Below are positions 46,419-58,155 of a stretch of DNA of 64,000 nucleotides, one piece after another. Numbering within the stretch: position 1 is the first letter of the stretch; every line of letters starts with the position of its first letter. The translations under genes and the position numbers were made by a program. Under the pieces are notes generated by a model that had not been told where the DNA came from, did no database searches, and worked only from the letters and a program-made list of their open reading frames with translations. Source of the DNA: Rebecca billardiae RCC1528 (taxonomy: Eukaryota > Protista > Haptophyta); NCBI GenBank assembly GCA_965240325.2, contig OZ251238.1, positions 682,001-746,000 on the forward strand, in the 5' to 3' direction.

Positions 46419-47561
46419 ATGATGACACTGCTCGCCGCGCGCTCCGCGCGCGCGCGCCATGCACACGCGGCGGCACGATGGCGCCTCTCGTGCGCACGCC
46501 TGTGCTCGGCGCGCACGCCTCAGCCGCCGCCGTCGCCGCTCCGCACGCCTGACCAGCCCACGCCGGCCGCCAGCTCGTACACCGACATCAGCACGGGCAC
46601 ATGGGCCGAGCGGCTGCTGCCGGCGGCGGCGGGGCCCTACCTGCGGCTCGCGCGATGGGACCGGCCGACGGGGACGTACTTGCTCCTCTGGCCGTGCGTC
46701 TGGGGCACTGCCCTCGCCGCCCCCGCGGGCGGCCTGCCGGACGCGCGCCTGATCGCGCTCTTTGCCGTCGGCGCCCTCGCGATGCGCGGCGCCGGCTGCA
46801 CGATCAACGACATGTGGGATCGGGACATCGACCGGCAGGTGGAGCGGACGCGCGGCCGGCCGCTGGCGTCGGGCGAGGTCTCGATGGCGCAGGCGAGCGC
46901 CTTCCTCGCCGCGCAGCTCGGCGTCGGCCTCTGCGTGCTCACCCAGCTCAGCGCGCCCACCGTCGGCCTCGCGCTCGCGTCCGTCCCGCTGGTGGTGGCA
47001 TACCCTCTCGCCAAGCGCTTCACCGGCTGGCCGCAGCTGGTGCTCGGGCTGACGATCAACTGGGGCGCGCTGGTGGGCTGGACCGCGGCCACAGGCTCGC
47101 TCGTGCCCGGCCCGCAGCTCCTCCTGTACGCGGGCGCGCTCTGCTGGACGCTCCACTACGACACGGTGTACGCGTACCAGGACCTGACCGACGACGAGCG
47201 CATCGGCGTGCGCTCGAGCGCGCGCACGCTGGGCAGGGAGGGCGCGGCGAGGCTGGCGCTCGGGCTGTGGGCGGCGGGCGCGGCGGTGGGGGTCGCGGGC
47301 GCTGGCGCCGTCGCGGGCCTCGGCGCCTCCGCCCCCTTCCTCGGAGGCACGGCGCTCGCGGGCGCCGCGCTGGGCGCGCAGGCGGCCACGGTGAGGCTGG
47401 ACGAGCGCGCAGACTGTCTGCGTGCCTTCCGGCGGTCGGCGGCGTTCGGCCTCGCCATCTCCGCCGCGATCATTCTCGGGCGGCTCCTGCAACCCGCGGG
47501 GGAGCAGGTGCGTGACGAGCAGGCGGAGGGCGCGCGCCGTGACGCGCGCGGCACGGCGTGA
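46419..47561 (+). CDS. COQ2: 4-hydroxybenzoate polyprenyltransferase, mitochondrial
   Basis: R-rich presequence; LARWDRPTGTYLL, GCTINDMWDRDID..VERT..RPLASG, YPLAKRFT.WPQ, YDTVYAYQD..DD. Confidence 0.95.
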   Translation: MMTLLAARSARARHAHAAARWRLSCARLCSARTPQPPPSPLRTPDQPTPAASSYTDISTGTWAERLLPAAAGPYLRLARWDRPTGTYLLLWPCVWGTALAAPAGGLPDARLIALFAVGALAMRGAGCTINDMWDRDIDRQVERTRGRPLASGEVSMAQASAFLAAQLGVGLCVLTQLSAPTVGLALASVPLVVAYPLAKRFTGWPQLVLGLTINWGALVGWTAATGSLVPGPQLLLYAGALCWTLHYDTVYAYQDLTDDERIGVRSSARTLGREGAARLALGLWAAGAAVGVAGAGAVAGLGASAPFLGGTALAGAALGAQAATVRLDERADCLRAFRRSAAFGLAISAAIILGRLLQPAGEQVRDEQAEGARRDARGTA

Positions 47562-48097
47562 CCGGCGGGCCCAGCCCGTGGGCAGGCCAGGCTCCGCGCA
47601 CGGTCGCGCGGCCTAGTGGCTAGTGCTCCTCGCCCATGGGGCCGTCCGTGGGCGTGGGCGCGTGGCTCGTGGCTCCGGTCCGCTGAGTCCGACGGTCCGA
47701 AGCTCTCAGACTCAGTCGCATCTGGAGAGCAGCCTGGCCGTCTGACGATGCGGACTCGATGAAACCTGCCACGACTGCGATGGCCTAGTGGCCCGTACTA
47801 GCCCTACTACGGGCCGGCGCCTCTAGCTAGTGTGCGGGCTGCGCAGCAGCGTACACTCGCTAGTCGCTACACGTCTCCGGTTGACGAAGCGGGGCGATTC
47901 CGGCGCTGAGAAAGCGGCGCACTCCGGACGACGCAGCCATCAACTTCAAACGATGCCGGTGGTTGAAAGCTAGAGCGATCGAAAAGCAAACAGTCGTCGC
48001 TTACCGGCAGCACTGCCCCGTGCAGCCGCTTGCCCAGCAGCGCGAGCGCGCGGGAGGAGCGCGGCTCGCGCTGAGCGCGCGGGGCTGAGCGGCCGGT

Positions 48098-51000
48098 ATG
48101 CGCGGCATGTTCGGCGCGCGCCGACGCGCGCCCGAGTCGCCCGACATCGACGTGCACCAGCGGCTGCAGCTCTTCCAGTCGACGCTGCGCACCGAGCTGG
48201 GCGATGTGAGCTCGCAGCTGCCGGCCAATGCCGCGACGCTTGTGCGCATCGGCGCGATGGACGAGCGCGAGCGGATCAGCGAGCTGCTCCAGCGCAAGGC
48301 CGAGCTCGAGCGCCAGGTGCCCTTCTGCGACGAGTTCGTCGCGCGCCTCCTCGCGCTGCAGAAGCGCTGCCGCGCGGTGCGCTCGGAGCTCGACTCTGGC
48401 AGCCTGGTCACGGCCTCGCGCGAGCTGCACTCGATCACGGCGCACACGGACGAGCTGGTGGAGGCGGTGGGTGACGTGGTGGAGTCGACGCCCGCGCTGC
48501 ACGACTACATGATGGCGCAGCTGCGCCGCCTCGGCCACCGCATCCACGCGCTGCTGCTGCGCGCGAGCGCGAGCGCTGGCGGCGCGGCCGCCCTCGACGC
48601 GAGCTCGGCAGAGGCGGAGGCGGCGGCTGAGGCGGCGGCGACGACGGGTTGGGGCGAGGCGGGGCCGTCGTGGCTCGGCACCGCCTCGCCCTCGCCGCGC
48701 TCGCCCACCTCGCCCTCCGCCCTCGGCCGGCAGGTCTCGTTCGGCGCCGCCTCGTCTGTCGGCGAGAGCGCGCGGGGTGTGCGAGGCCTCGAGCAGCTGC
48801 CGCGCTCGCGCCCCAGCTCGCCCGCGCGCTCGGCGGCGCGCTCCGCGGGCGGCGGCGCGAGCGAGGCCGGCGACCTGGCGCTCGACTCGCCCACCGGCGC
48901 CGGCCTGCGCGCCCGCGGCCTCCCGAGCGGCGAGCAGTCGCAGCTGCGGCACGCGCAGCTGATCGAGGCGGCCGCGCGCCGCTGGGCATCGCGCACAGAC
49001 GTGACGCTGCGACAGAGCGCGCCCCCCGAGTCGGTGCTGTTCCCGGGGCGCGCGGCGGGGCCCGCGTCGCACAGCACGCGTGGGTGCAGGCCGCGCTCGC
49101 CGCGCTCGCCGCCCGCGCCGCAGGGCAGCCTCTCGCCGCCGCGATACGACGCCGACCCGTCGCCGCACGGCCGCGCAGCGTCGCGCGCGAGGCCGTCGCT
49201 TCAGTCTCCGGCGCCGCCGCCCGCCGTCACCATCACGGCTCACTCGGACACCGCGTCGTCCGTGGCGGAGGGCAGCACGCCGCGCTCGCCCCGGCCACGC
49301 TCGCCTGGCCTGCGCCCAGCCCGCCCGGCCGCGCGCGAGGCCGCCGCCGCCCGCCCGCCCGTGCGCGAGGCCACGGCGGCGCGGCCTCCGATTCGGGACA
49401 CCATTGTTGAGTCCGTGGCGGCGCGTCCGCCCGTTGTTGTGCGCAGCTGCGCCCGCGGCTGCGTGCCCCGGCCGCTGGCGCAGCCGCCGAGCGCGGCGGT
49501 GCAGCGCGTGGCGGCGCCGGCGCCGCTGCCTCGCGTGGAGTGCGTGCGCTCACGCCCGCCGCCCGTGCCCACCGAGTCATCACGACCGGCCGCTGTCGCC
49601 GCTCCGACCACCCCGCCGCGCTCGCCTCCGCGCGCGCGGCGCTCATCGCTCGGCACTGCGCCGGAGACACCCGAGCTGCCGCCGCGCACGCCGTCGCCGT
49701 TGAGGAACGCCGCGGTGGCCCCCGCGCCCGAGCTCGAGCTCCCGCCCTCCGAGACCGCCGCGCGCGCAGGTCCCAGCCGACCGCCCGTCTCGCTCACCGC
49801 GCGCGTGACGCAGCACTCTGCCCTGGGCCTCCGCCCGACCGCAGCCTCGAGCGCGGCGGAGGCGGCGGACTGGCCGGAGGCGGGTGAGGCGCGGGCGCAG
49901 TCGCCCGAGTGCGCGAGCGAGTTCGGTGGGAGCACCGTGGCCTCGCGCCCGTCGTGCCGCGAGCTGCGCCAGCGCGGCGAGGTGCACGCGAAGCTCACGG
50001 CCATCGACGCCGCCATCGCCGCCGCGCGCATGCGCCAATCTCGCCAGCTCAGATCGCCGCCGCAGACGACGGCAGCCATGCTGGAGGGAAGGGGGCGGTT
50101 TCGGGACCGCGGCGCGCTGGGCCCGGCGGGCTCGACCGCCATCGTGCCGCTCTCGCCGCAGCCGTCCACCAAGGGCGGCGCCGCCTCGTCCAAGCTGCGC
50201 GCCGCCGGCACCAAGAAGGGCGCAGCCGCAGCCAGCTCGCGCAAGAAGCCGGCGGCGGCGCACGGCGGCCGCGGGGGCGGTGCGTCTGTGCTCGGCCTCG
50301 TGGCCGAGCGAGAGAGAGGCTCGGCGAGCGCCTCGCGCGGCGGGCTCGTCGAGCGGCACGAGACGACGGTTGTGAGCGTGGAGGAGGAGCGGGACGAGGC
50401 GAAGAAGAGCGCGCGCAGGACCCGCCTCGCGCTCTGCTGCTGCGCGTGCTGCGCGCTGCTGCTGTGTCTGCTGCTGCTGCTGCTGCTGCTGCTCGCATCG
50501 CGCTGCGCCGCGGACGCTCGCGACGACGACGACGGCGACGGCCTCGTCGACGCGCCCACCGGCGGCTTCTGCGGCTGGCTGCTCGTGCGCGTGTTCGTGC
50601 CCGGCGGGCGCGAGTACGTGGCGCGCCCGCCGCTCTCACCGCCGCCCTCGCCCATCGTCGACCGCGCCGCGCTCGACGCCGCCGCGTCGGCGGCGTGGGG
50701 GCAGCACGGCAGTCTGTACCGGAGCCCGCCGGCGCCGCCGCGCGGCTTGGCGCACGTGCACACGCCTCGGGAGACCGAGTTTGAGTTCGCGTCGCACAGG
50801 CGCGGCTTCGACTCGATCCTGGCGGGCATGCAGAGCCCGCCGCCGCCGCTCACCCCGCCCGCCGCGCCGCCGAGCCCGCCCAGCCCGCCGATCCCCCCGA
50901 GCCCGAGGCCGCCCGCTCCGCCGCCGCCCGACGAGCCAACCGCGCCGCCACCCTCACCGTCCCCGCCACCGTGGCCGCCGACGCCGCCCAAGATGCAGCC

Positions 51001-54000
51001 GAGGACGGGCCTGCTCTCGGGCGCGCACCACCGCCCACGCGGGCAGCGCGCGGTGCACGGCGTCTCCATCTCGCCGCCGCCGCCCGCGCACCCGCCGCCG
51101 CCGCCCGCACACCCGCCGCCGCCGGCCTCGCCGCCGCCGCCGCCGCCGCCGCCGTCCGCGCCGCCGCCTTCCCGCCCGCCCGCGGCGCGCGAGCCGCCGC
51201 CCCCGCCGCTCTTGCCGCCCGGCTCGCCGCCGCCCGCGCTGCCGCCGCCGCCCGCGCCGGAGGCCCCGCCACCGCCGCCCGCGCCGCCCTCGCCGCCGCC
51301 CGCGCCGCGCTCGCCGCCGCCGCTCGACCTGGGCCGCTGGCACGAGCAGCACCGCGGCGGTCGGGACGGCGTGCCGGGCTCGCCCGCAGAGCACCCGCAC
51401 TCGCGGCACCGCGCACATGCCAATGACGGGCGGTCGCGGCACGGGCGGCACCGAGGGGGCAACCCGCCGCCGTCGGCGCCGCCGCCACCGCCGGGGCTCA
51501 GCCCGCCGCCGCCGCACCGGCCGCCGGCGCGGCCGCATCCGCCGCCGCCAGCATGGCCGCCCTACCCGCCGCCGCCAAGCCCGAGCCCTCCGCCGCCGTC
51601 GCCGAGCCCGCCGCCGCCGCCGCCGAGCCCGCGCCCGCCGCCGCCCGCCCCGAGCAGCCCGCCCCTGCGCAACGCGCTGGGAGACCTGTACCTCCAGACG
51701 CACTACTCGCCCGGCCGCAGGCCGCGTCGCGGCCGGCCGCCGCACATGTCTGCCTGGTCCTCGCGTCTCGCGCTGTCACAGTATGCACCCTCGCCGCCGC
51801 CGTACCCTCCCCTCGCGCCGGGTGGCGGCGGCAGCCGCTCGCACGGCGCGGACGGGGCGCGCAGGCACCACGGGACGGGCGGCAGGACGGGCGCGCTGAG
51901 CTCGCCGCCTCCGCCGCCGCCCACGCACCCGCCGCCGCCCGCGCCCGCGCTCGAGGCCGTGCTCTCGGTCTCTGTCGGCGATTGCCACGTCTGCGTCGTG
52001 GCCACGTGCGGAGGTGCGGTGCCGCCTGCGCGCGCGCCGTCTCCGAGACGCGTGACTCGGAAGCGACGGCGCGCGCGCGGCTCGGAAGCGCCTCCGAGCC
52101 GCGCGCGCCGTCGTCTGCCAGCCCGACGCGTGCGGCGTGTTGGCGGCGGCGCGGCGCCCCCCGGCGCGCGCGCCGCGGCCAGCGCTCACGCGCTCCCCTT
52201 CCTCGCGCGCGCTCGACCTCGCCGCGCGCAGCCGCCGACGGCGCGACCCTTGTGAAATGCTTCGGGTGCAACGAGTACGGCCAGCTCGGCGCAGGCGACG
52301 CGCACGACCGCGGCGCGACCGCCGAGACGGCGCCGGCGTTGCTGCCGCCGGTCGACCTCGGGGTGGGCGGGCCGGTCGGGCCGTTCCGAGACGTGCGCGC
52401 CGTGGCCGTCTCGTGCGGCGACTTCCACTCGTGTGCTCTGCTCTCCGATGGTGCGCGGCTGCGCGCCGGGCCGCGATGGCGCGTGCCGCGCCGTGCGTGC
52501 CCGCGCATGCGGCCACGCCTGCGCGCGCGCGGCTCGCGAGCTCAGCCGGAGCCCACGGCGTCCGCCGCCGCCCCGCCCGCCGTACCGTGCAGGCTCGGTC
52601 AAGTGCTGGGGGGACAACGGGTACGGCCAGCTCGGCATCGGCTCAGACGTTCCCACAGTCGGCACCTCCGCGGTCACCACCGGGCACTGGATGCAGTCTG
52701 TCAACCTGGGGCGCGAAGTGCGCGCCGTGCAGCTCGAGGCGCGCGGCCACCACCACGCCTGCGTGCGCACAGACGAGGGCGCGGTCAAGTGCTGGTGCGC
52801 GCGCGGCGCCGCGCGGCGCGGCGCGGCGAGTGCGCGCGCGCGCAGCGATCCTCGGCGCGTGTTTTGCCGCCGCGCACGCATCCCTTGAGCCACGCGTGCT
52901 GTGCGCCGCCGCTCGCCCGCCCGCCCGCCCGCCGCGCAGGGGCGGCAACTACTGGGGCGAGCTCGGGTACGGCGACAAGAAGCAGCGCGGCACGGAGCGC
53001 GCACAGATGGGCGACGCGCTCCCCGAGGTCGAGCTGGGCGACGGATCGCGCGCGCTCGACATTGCGCTCGGCGGCTTCCATAGCTGCGCGCTGCTGCGCA
53101 CGCCCGGCGCCGCGGCGGCGGTGGCCAAGTGCTGGGGCTCGAACGAGTGGGGCGAGCTTGGGCTGGGCGACACCCACGCGCGCGGCGAGCGGAAGGGCCA
53201 GATGGGGAAGCGTCTGCCGCCAATCGACCTGGGCACGGGCGCGCAGCCGACGCAGCTCACAGCGGGTAAGCACTTCAGCTGTGCGCAGCTCGACACCGGC
53301 GACGTCAAGTGCTGGGGCGCGAACGTGTGGGAGCAGCTCGGGCACGGCTCGGGCGCGGACGAGCGCGGCGCGCGCCGCGGCGAGATGGGCGACCGCCTCG
53401 GGCCGGTCGTCGGGCTGGAGGGCGCGGCGGAGCTGCTCGAGTCGTCGGCGTCAGGCTACTTCTCGTGCGCGCGGCCCAGGCTGCACGCGGACGGCGCCGT
53501 CGGCCGCGCCGCGCTGCACTGCTGGCCTCTCCCGGACGGGCTGCCGCCCCACGGCGGCGAGCAGTACGAGGAGGACTCGGACAACTATGGCGAGGAGCAC
53601 GGCAAGTGGAAGCACCACGCCGGGCTGCCGCGGCTGCGGGGCAAGCTGCCGCCGATGCCGGCGGTGGCGCTCACAGACGGGCGCGACGACGGCGACGACG
53701 GCGACGACGACGACTCGCCGCCGAGCCGCGCGCACCACTTCGTCGAGTCCATGTCCCTCGGCGCGCACTCGCTCTGCGTCATCATCGCGGGCGCGCACGC
53801 CCACGCGCTGCACTGCTATGGGCTCAACGACCGCGGGCAGCTCGGCACCGGCGACGCGCTGCCGCGGCCCGTGCCGCCCTTTGGCAACGTGACCGTCGTC
53901 GACCTTGGGCTCGATGGGTGTGACGCGCGCGCCGACGGAGGAGGGGACGACGGAGGCAGCAGCGCCGCCTTCCTGGCCGCTGCGCAGGAGGGCGCGCGGG

Positions 54001-54263
54001 AGGGCTCTCGCGCGCGGGCGGGCAGCGCGCCCGGTGCGCAGGGGCGCGGCGCGCGGCGCGCGCTTGCCGCCGCCCTCGCCGCGCTCACAGCACTGGGCGC
54101 GGCGGCGTTTGCCGTCGCGGCTCGGCGGCGCGCGGCGCGCCGACGGGCGTCGATTGGTGCCATCACTGCGATTGGTGCGCGCACTGCCACTGGCGCCGCG
54201 TGGCCGCAAACGGACGGTGTCGCGATACGAGACGACCCGGCATCAGCGTTCGCGATGTTGTGA
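48098..54263 (+). CDS. About 1,890-aa membrane protein: helical/S-P-rich N-terminus, TM, polyproline stalk, RCC1/BLIP-II repeats, C-terminal TM (introns 52014-52231, 52451-52592, 52795-52939)
   Basis: Repeated VKCWG.N..G(Q/E)LG.GD and G..HSC motifs restored by three GT-AG introns; summed exon length is a multiple of 3. Confidence 0.75.
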
Positions 54264-54710
54264 TCTCGGACGACGGTTGTTTGACTTGTTTGTCACCAGG
54301 CCCGGTAGCGGCGGCGCGTGCTGCCATATCGCATCAGCAGTTCATTCGTCATCTGTCGCGCCGCACACCGTTGCGATATAATCGTGATGATGATATCGAT
54401 CGAATTATAAGCAGCGCCGCCGCCTGCTGATTATTGACGATGGGCTCCGGATTCGGTTGACCCCTGCCAGTGGCGGGCATTCTGAGAACCGAGTCGAAGT
54501 CACTCGAGCGGACCATATAGCCGGGTCCCTCCCGACCCCCGATTGATGACTTCCAAGCGACATTGAGCATACACCCACCTCCCAATAGGATTCAGACTCA
54601 TTTTTATAAGTGACACATACAAAAATGCGACCGAAATCCGAAACATGGGTAACTGTATATTAACATGGGTATCTCTGACGGAACTTGTATTCAGACAGTG
54701 ATGTCACAGC

Positions 54711-55577
54711 TCACCGCCCCGCACTCGCGAGCGCGCTCTGGTTGGTCAGCTGCGCGCGGAGAGCATTGTGCCGCTCCTCGCTCAGCTGGTACACCGCTGG
54801 GCGCGGCCGCTCCGCCGCCGCTGCCGCGTGCCTCCGCCTCGTGCCGCGTGCTGGGGCGCCGCTGAAAGCCGGCGTGATCGGTTGCACGGGCGTGAGCTCG
54901 ACAACGCCGCGGATGTTGCTGGAGTTGACGATGAAGCGCGTGTCGCCGTCGTTCCCAGCGGCAACTGCGTCCCATTCGGCAAACGAGAGCCCGCTCGCGT
55001 CGTCCGGGATGCGGTCCCACCACTTGATGGCCACCGCGGCCTCGTTGGCTGCAAACGACACGTTGTCAAGGGAGCCGGCCACCTGGAACTTCTTGACAAT
55101 GCACGAGCCGTCGCCTGCGTCCACGGTGCGCGCGATCCAGTAGCCCTGGCGGAGCCACTGGTCCTCGACGTCGCCCGCGCGCCGCCTCCCGAACCGACGC
55201 TGCGGCTTCACCTCGATGGCGATCCACAACTCCGGCACGAGCGAGTCGAGCAGATTGGCTGCAGCTGTGGCGGCGCCGCTGCGCAGGCGGCGGTCGGTGG
55301 TGGTGTCCACCGTGTGCACGATCGCGAGGTCACGCGCGACCGCCAGGAGGTGCTCGGCATCGCGTTCGCCAAGAGTAGCTCGCAGCTGTTCGTCCGAGAC
55401 GTCGGCGTCGAACACGCTGCGCACGTCGCGCCCGCACCACCATGGCAGTGGGCAAAAGTACCCGGACTCCCAGTAGAAATGGTGAAATTCGGGCTCTGAC
55501 GCCGTGTAAAAACAAGCGATCGCGGCAAACGGTGCGGATTCGCGCTCAGCACGCCAGCCCGAGTCCAGCAAGCCTTC
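54711..55577 (-). pseudogene. 5'-truncated ORF inside A2 (about 288 aa; possible C-terminus of an element-encoded protein)
   Basis: Stop-free, W-rich globular-looking frame (GYWIART, IKWWDR, FIVNSSNIRGV) that begins at the element X junction with no ATG. Confidence 0.55.
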
Positions 55578-57408
55578 GACCAATTCTATGATTTAAAGAC
55601 ACAGGCACGAGGGCGCAGCTCTCCTGATTCGTCTGTCGAAGTACTGAATGGAGTTAATGGAGGATGTCGGAGCGCGTTGGCCGCGGGTGAGGGAGTCGTC
55701 GTAACCGATGCTGATCACACGGTCACTGAGGTAGTAGGCGCCCGGGGATGCCGCTGTTTTGCAGTCGTCGTCGGCCTTGGTCATCATGTAGTTGCCCGTG
55801 TCGTCGTCGTCCGAGGCTGTTCAAGTTGATGCCGTAGTGCAGGTAGTGGATGTGGTCGCCCGGGCCGGTGTGCGCGGCCTAGTGGCCTTGCCGAGTTGAG
55901 GGAGTAGTCGCCCTTGCCGTTGAGGAAGTCGTCGTCCTTGCCGTTGAGGAAGTCGTCGCCCTGGCCGCAGAGGAAGTCGTCGCCCTTGCCGTTGAGGAAG
56001 TCGTCGTCCTGGCCGCTGAGGGTGCCTGCGCTGCCCAACCGGGCGCGTCTGGCGCGCCAGCGCCGCGCGCGGCTCTACGCCAGCGACTGCGGCACGGCGG
56101 CAGCCAGGTCACGGGGGGGGTCGCCGAGGGACGCGGTGCGAGCCTGCTTGGCCGGCTTGGCGTCGCTCCCGCCAGCGGAGGAGGGCCCATCCTCCTCCGC
56201 CGGCGTGGACGGCTCGGTCGCCGCGCGCTTGCCGGCTGCCGCGGCGCCGGGGGGCAGGACCAGGCGGTAGTTGGACTCCCCGAGCGCCGGCCTGGCCTGT
56301 TGCACCTCGGGCCCGTCCGACGGCGCGGCCGCGGTTGGTGGCTGGGGTGGCGGGATGGCATCGTCCGAACCCTCCCCCTCGGGCTCCTCCGCCTCCGGGC
56401 CGGCGGGGTCCGCCGCCTGTTGGTCGGCCGGCTGAGGAGCAGGGCGGCGCGCAGCGGCGGGCGGCGCGGGCGGCACAGGCGGCGCGGGCGGCACGCCCCA
56501 CAGGTTGTGTGGGACGCGGGCGGCGCCGGCGATGCGGCGGCTCGGCTTGAGCGGCGCGAAGAAGATGGGGTGCTCGGGGTCGATGGGCATGAAACGCAGG
56601 CGGAGGAAAATCAGGTTCACACCGCCGGAGTAGATGTTGGTCTCGACGTGCTCACCGTTGGTCACGTACTTGTTGATGTCGGGCACGATCTGCTCGTAGA
56701 GGGCCCTGTGAAACTGCACGAGCGTCATCGTGGGGCTAACCGGGAGCGTGAGGGACACGTCCTTCGCCTGGGTTGCGAGGTCGGCCGCCGACAGCGCGAG
56801 CATCTCCTGCGTGAGCTCCGTGGTGCACGCCGTGAGAATGTTCGGCATGCACAGGCTGGTGGCCAGGCGGCGGCAGATGGTCATGTTCTCGAGCACCGAG
56901 CCGGTGAAGGAGAAAACGTGCTTATTGCCTTTGGGGTCCTGGGTGAGTCCTGAGAGCAGTCGCCCGCCTTGCGAGTTGGGCGCCACGTCGCTCAGGCAGC
57001 GCGCGCTCAGCTTGATCATCGTCGTGCACATCTGCTGGCCCGCATCCCGCCTGGCGGTGGGGGTGCTCGGCCGTTCCACCTGCAGCCCGCGCTCGAAGTT
57101 GTTGGAAGAGGGGAAGAAGCTCAAGGCGCTCCTGCTGTTGAGACGGTCGCGGAAAAAGCCGTGCTGGTAAGGGGGCATGGTGGCCGGTGTGGCGGGCGCG
57201 GGGCTGCGGAGGGCCGGGGGGCGGGTGCGGAAGCACTGCGGTGCGAGCGAGGTCGGTGCTGGTGCCAAAGGCATTTCGGCGCGCGGGGTTGAAATCAAAT
57301 TTCAAAACCCAGGTCCGGAGTGGCCCCGCCGGTCCCCCGGACCACGGCGGCCCGTCGTGCGTTTCGGGGGGAGAGGGGTTTGTCGCGAAACGGGCAGGAT
57401 GGGGAAAA

Positions 57409-57442
<34 letters not shown>

Positions 57443-57720
57443 CTCGCGGCCGCCGCGGGGAGGCCGGGACGGGCGCGGTCTCCACCTGAGGGCCGGGCGC
57501 TGCTCAGGAAGGAGGGCGGCCCACACTCCGCGTGTCGCTCCCCAGTGCCTCCGCACAGGCACACCGCAGGTGTTCGCCGTCGTGTCGGGATGAGCATGCG
57601 CTTGGCGTCCGCACCCGGGGCCAGTCCTTTCATGGTCAGCAAGCAGGCGGGGGGGGGGGCGTGCGTGTGCAAGCGCGGGTGGATATGTCGTGTCTGCGAT
57701 ATGCGGAGTGTTGGATGCGG
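55578..57720 (-). mobile_element. 2.1-kb dispersed element X, copy 2 (nested in A2)
   Basis: Near-identical to 25423-27551. Confidence 0.9.
56075..57178 (-). CDS. Element X ORF, copy 2
   Basis: Same 367-aa protein as copy 1 with one A>V change near the C-terminus. Confidence 0.65.
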   Translation of the reverse strand: MPPYQHGFFRDRLNSRSALSFFPSSNNFERGLQVERPSTPTARRDAGQQMCTTMIKLSARCLSDVAPNSQGGRLLSGLTQDPKGNKHVFSFTGSVLENMTICRRLATSLCMPNILTACTTELTQEMLALSAADLATQAKDVSLTLPVSPTMTLVQFHRALYEQIVPDINKYVTNGEHVETNIYSGGVNLIFLRLRFMPIDPEHPIFFAPLKPSRRIAGAARVPHNLWGVPPAPPVPPAPPAAARRPAPQPADQQAADPAGPEAEEPEGEGSDDAIPPPQPPTAAAPSDGPEVQQARPALGESNYRLVLPPGAAAAGKRAATEPSTPAEEDGPSSAGGSDAKPAKQARTASLGDPPRDLAAAVPQSLA

Positions 57721-58045
57721 CCTCCGTGCGACCTCGCGAAGGTCGTTTTCATTTTCGGTACGCCCGGTTTCTATGACCGGACTGGCAGGGGTCAACCGAA
57801 GCCGGAGCCGATGACGATCGATGACTACGACTATAGTCACGACATTATTCACTGGGCTACTTTTCACTTGAGTCTTATTGAGACTGAGGCGTCCCGTGAC
57901 CGTCAGCACCGTGACCGTGTCCGTGTCCGTGACCGCTGTCCGTGACTGATGTCGTGAAGTGTGATGACGAGTGATCGGCACGCGACGACTCGACTATGCT
58001 GAGAGTAGAGCATCAGCATCATCATCATCATAGAGAATCATCATC

Positions 58046-58047
<2 letters not shown>

Positions 58048-58110
<63 letters not shown>
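58048..58110. repeat. (GA)n microsatellite
   Basis: Direct reading. Confidence 0.95.
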
Positions 58111-58111
<1 letters not shown>

Positions 58112-58155
58112 GAGACGATACGTGCTGGGCGGTCGCGACCTAGCTCGTCGTCGCG

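Larger units (their letters stand above)
54443..57809. mobile_element. TIR element family A, copy A2, TSD GATG
   Basis: GGCTCCGGATTCGGTTGACCCCTGCCAGT ... ACTGGCAGGGGTCAACCGAAGCCGGAGCC (29 bp, 1 mismatch); GATG at 54439-54442 and 57810-57813. Confidence 0.9.

Noticed and set aside
55578-57720. Element X as a Helitron or LTR element
   Set aside because: No TC…CTRR ends or A/T target, no TG…CA direct repeats, no PBS seen
54433-57818. 8-bp hAT-type TSD (TTGACGAT/ATGACGAT) for A2
   Set aside because: Imperfect and needs mismatched termini; the 4-bp model is perfect and confirmed independently by A1
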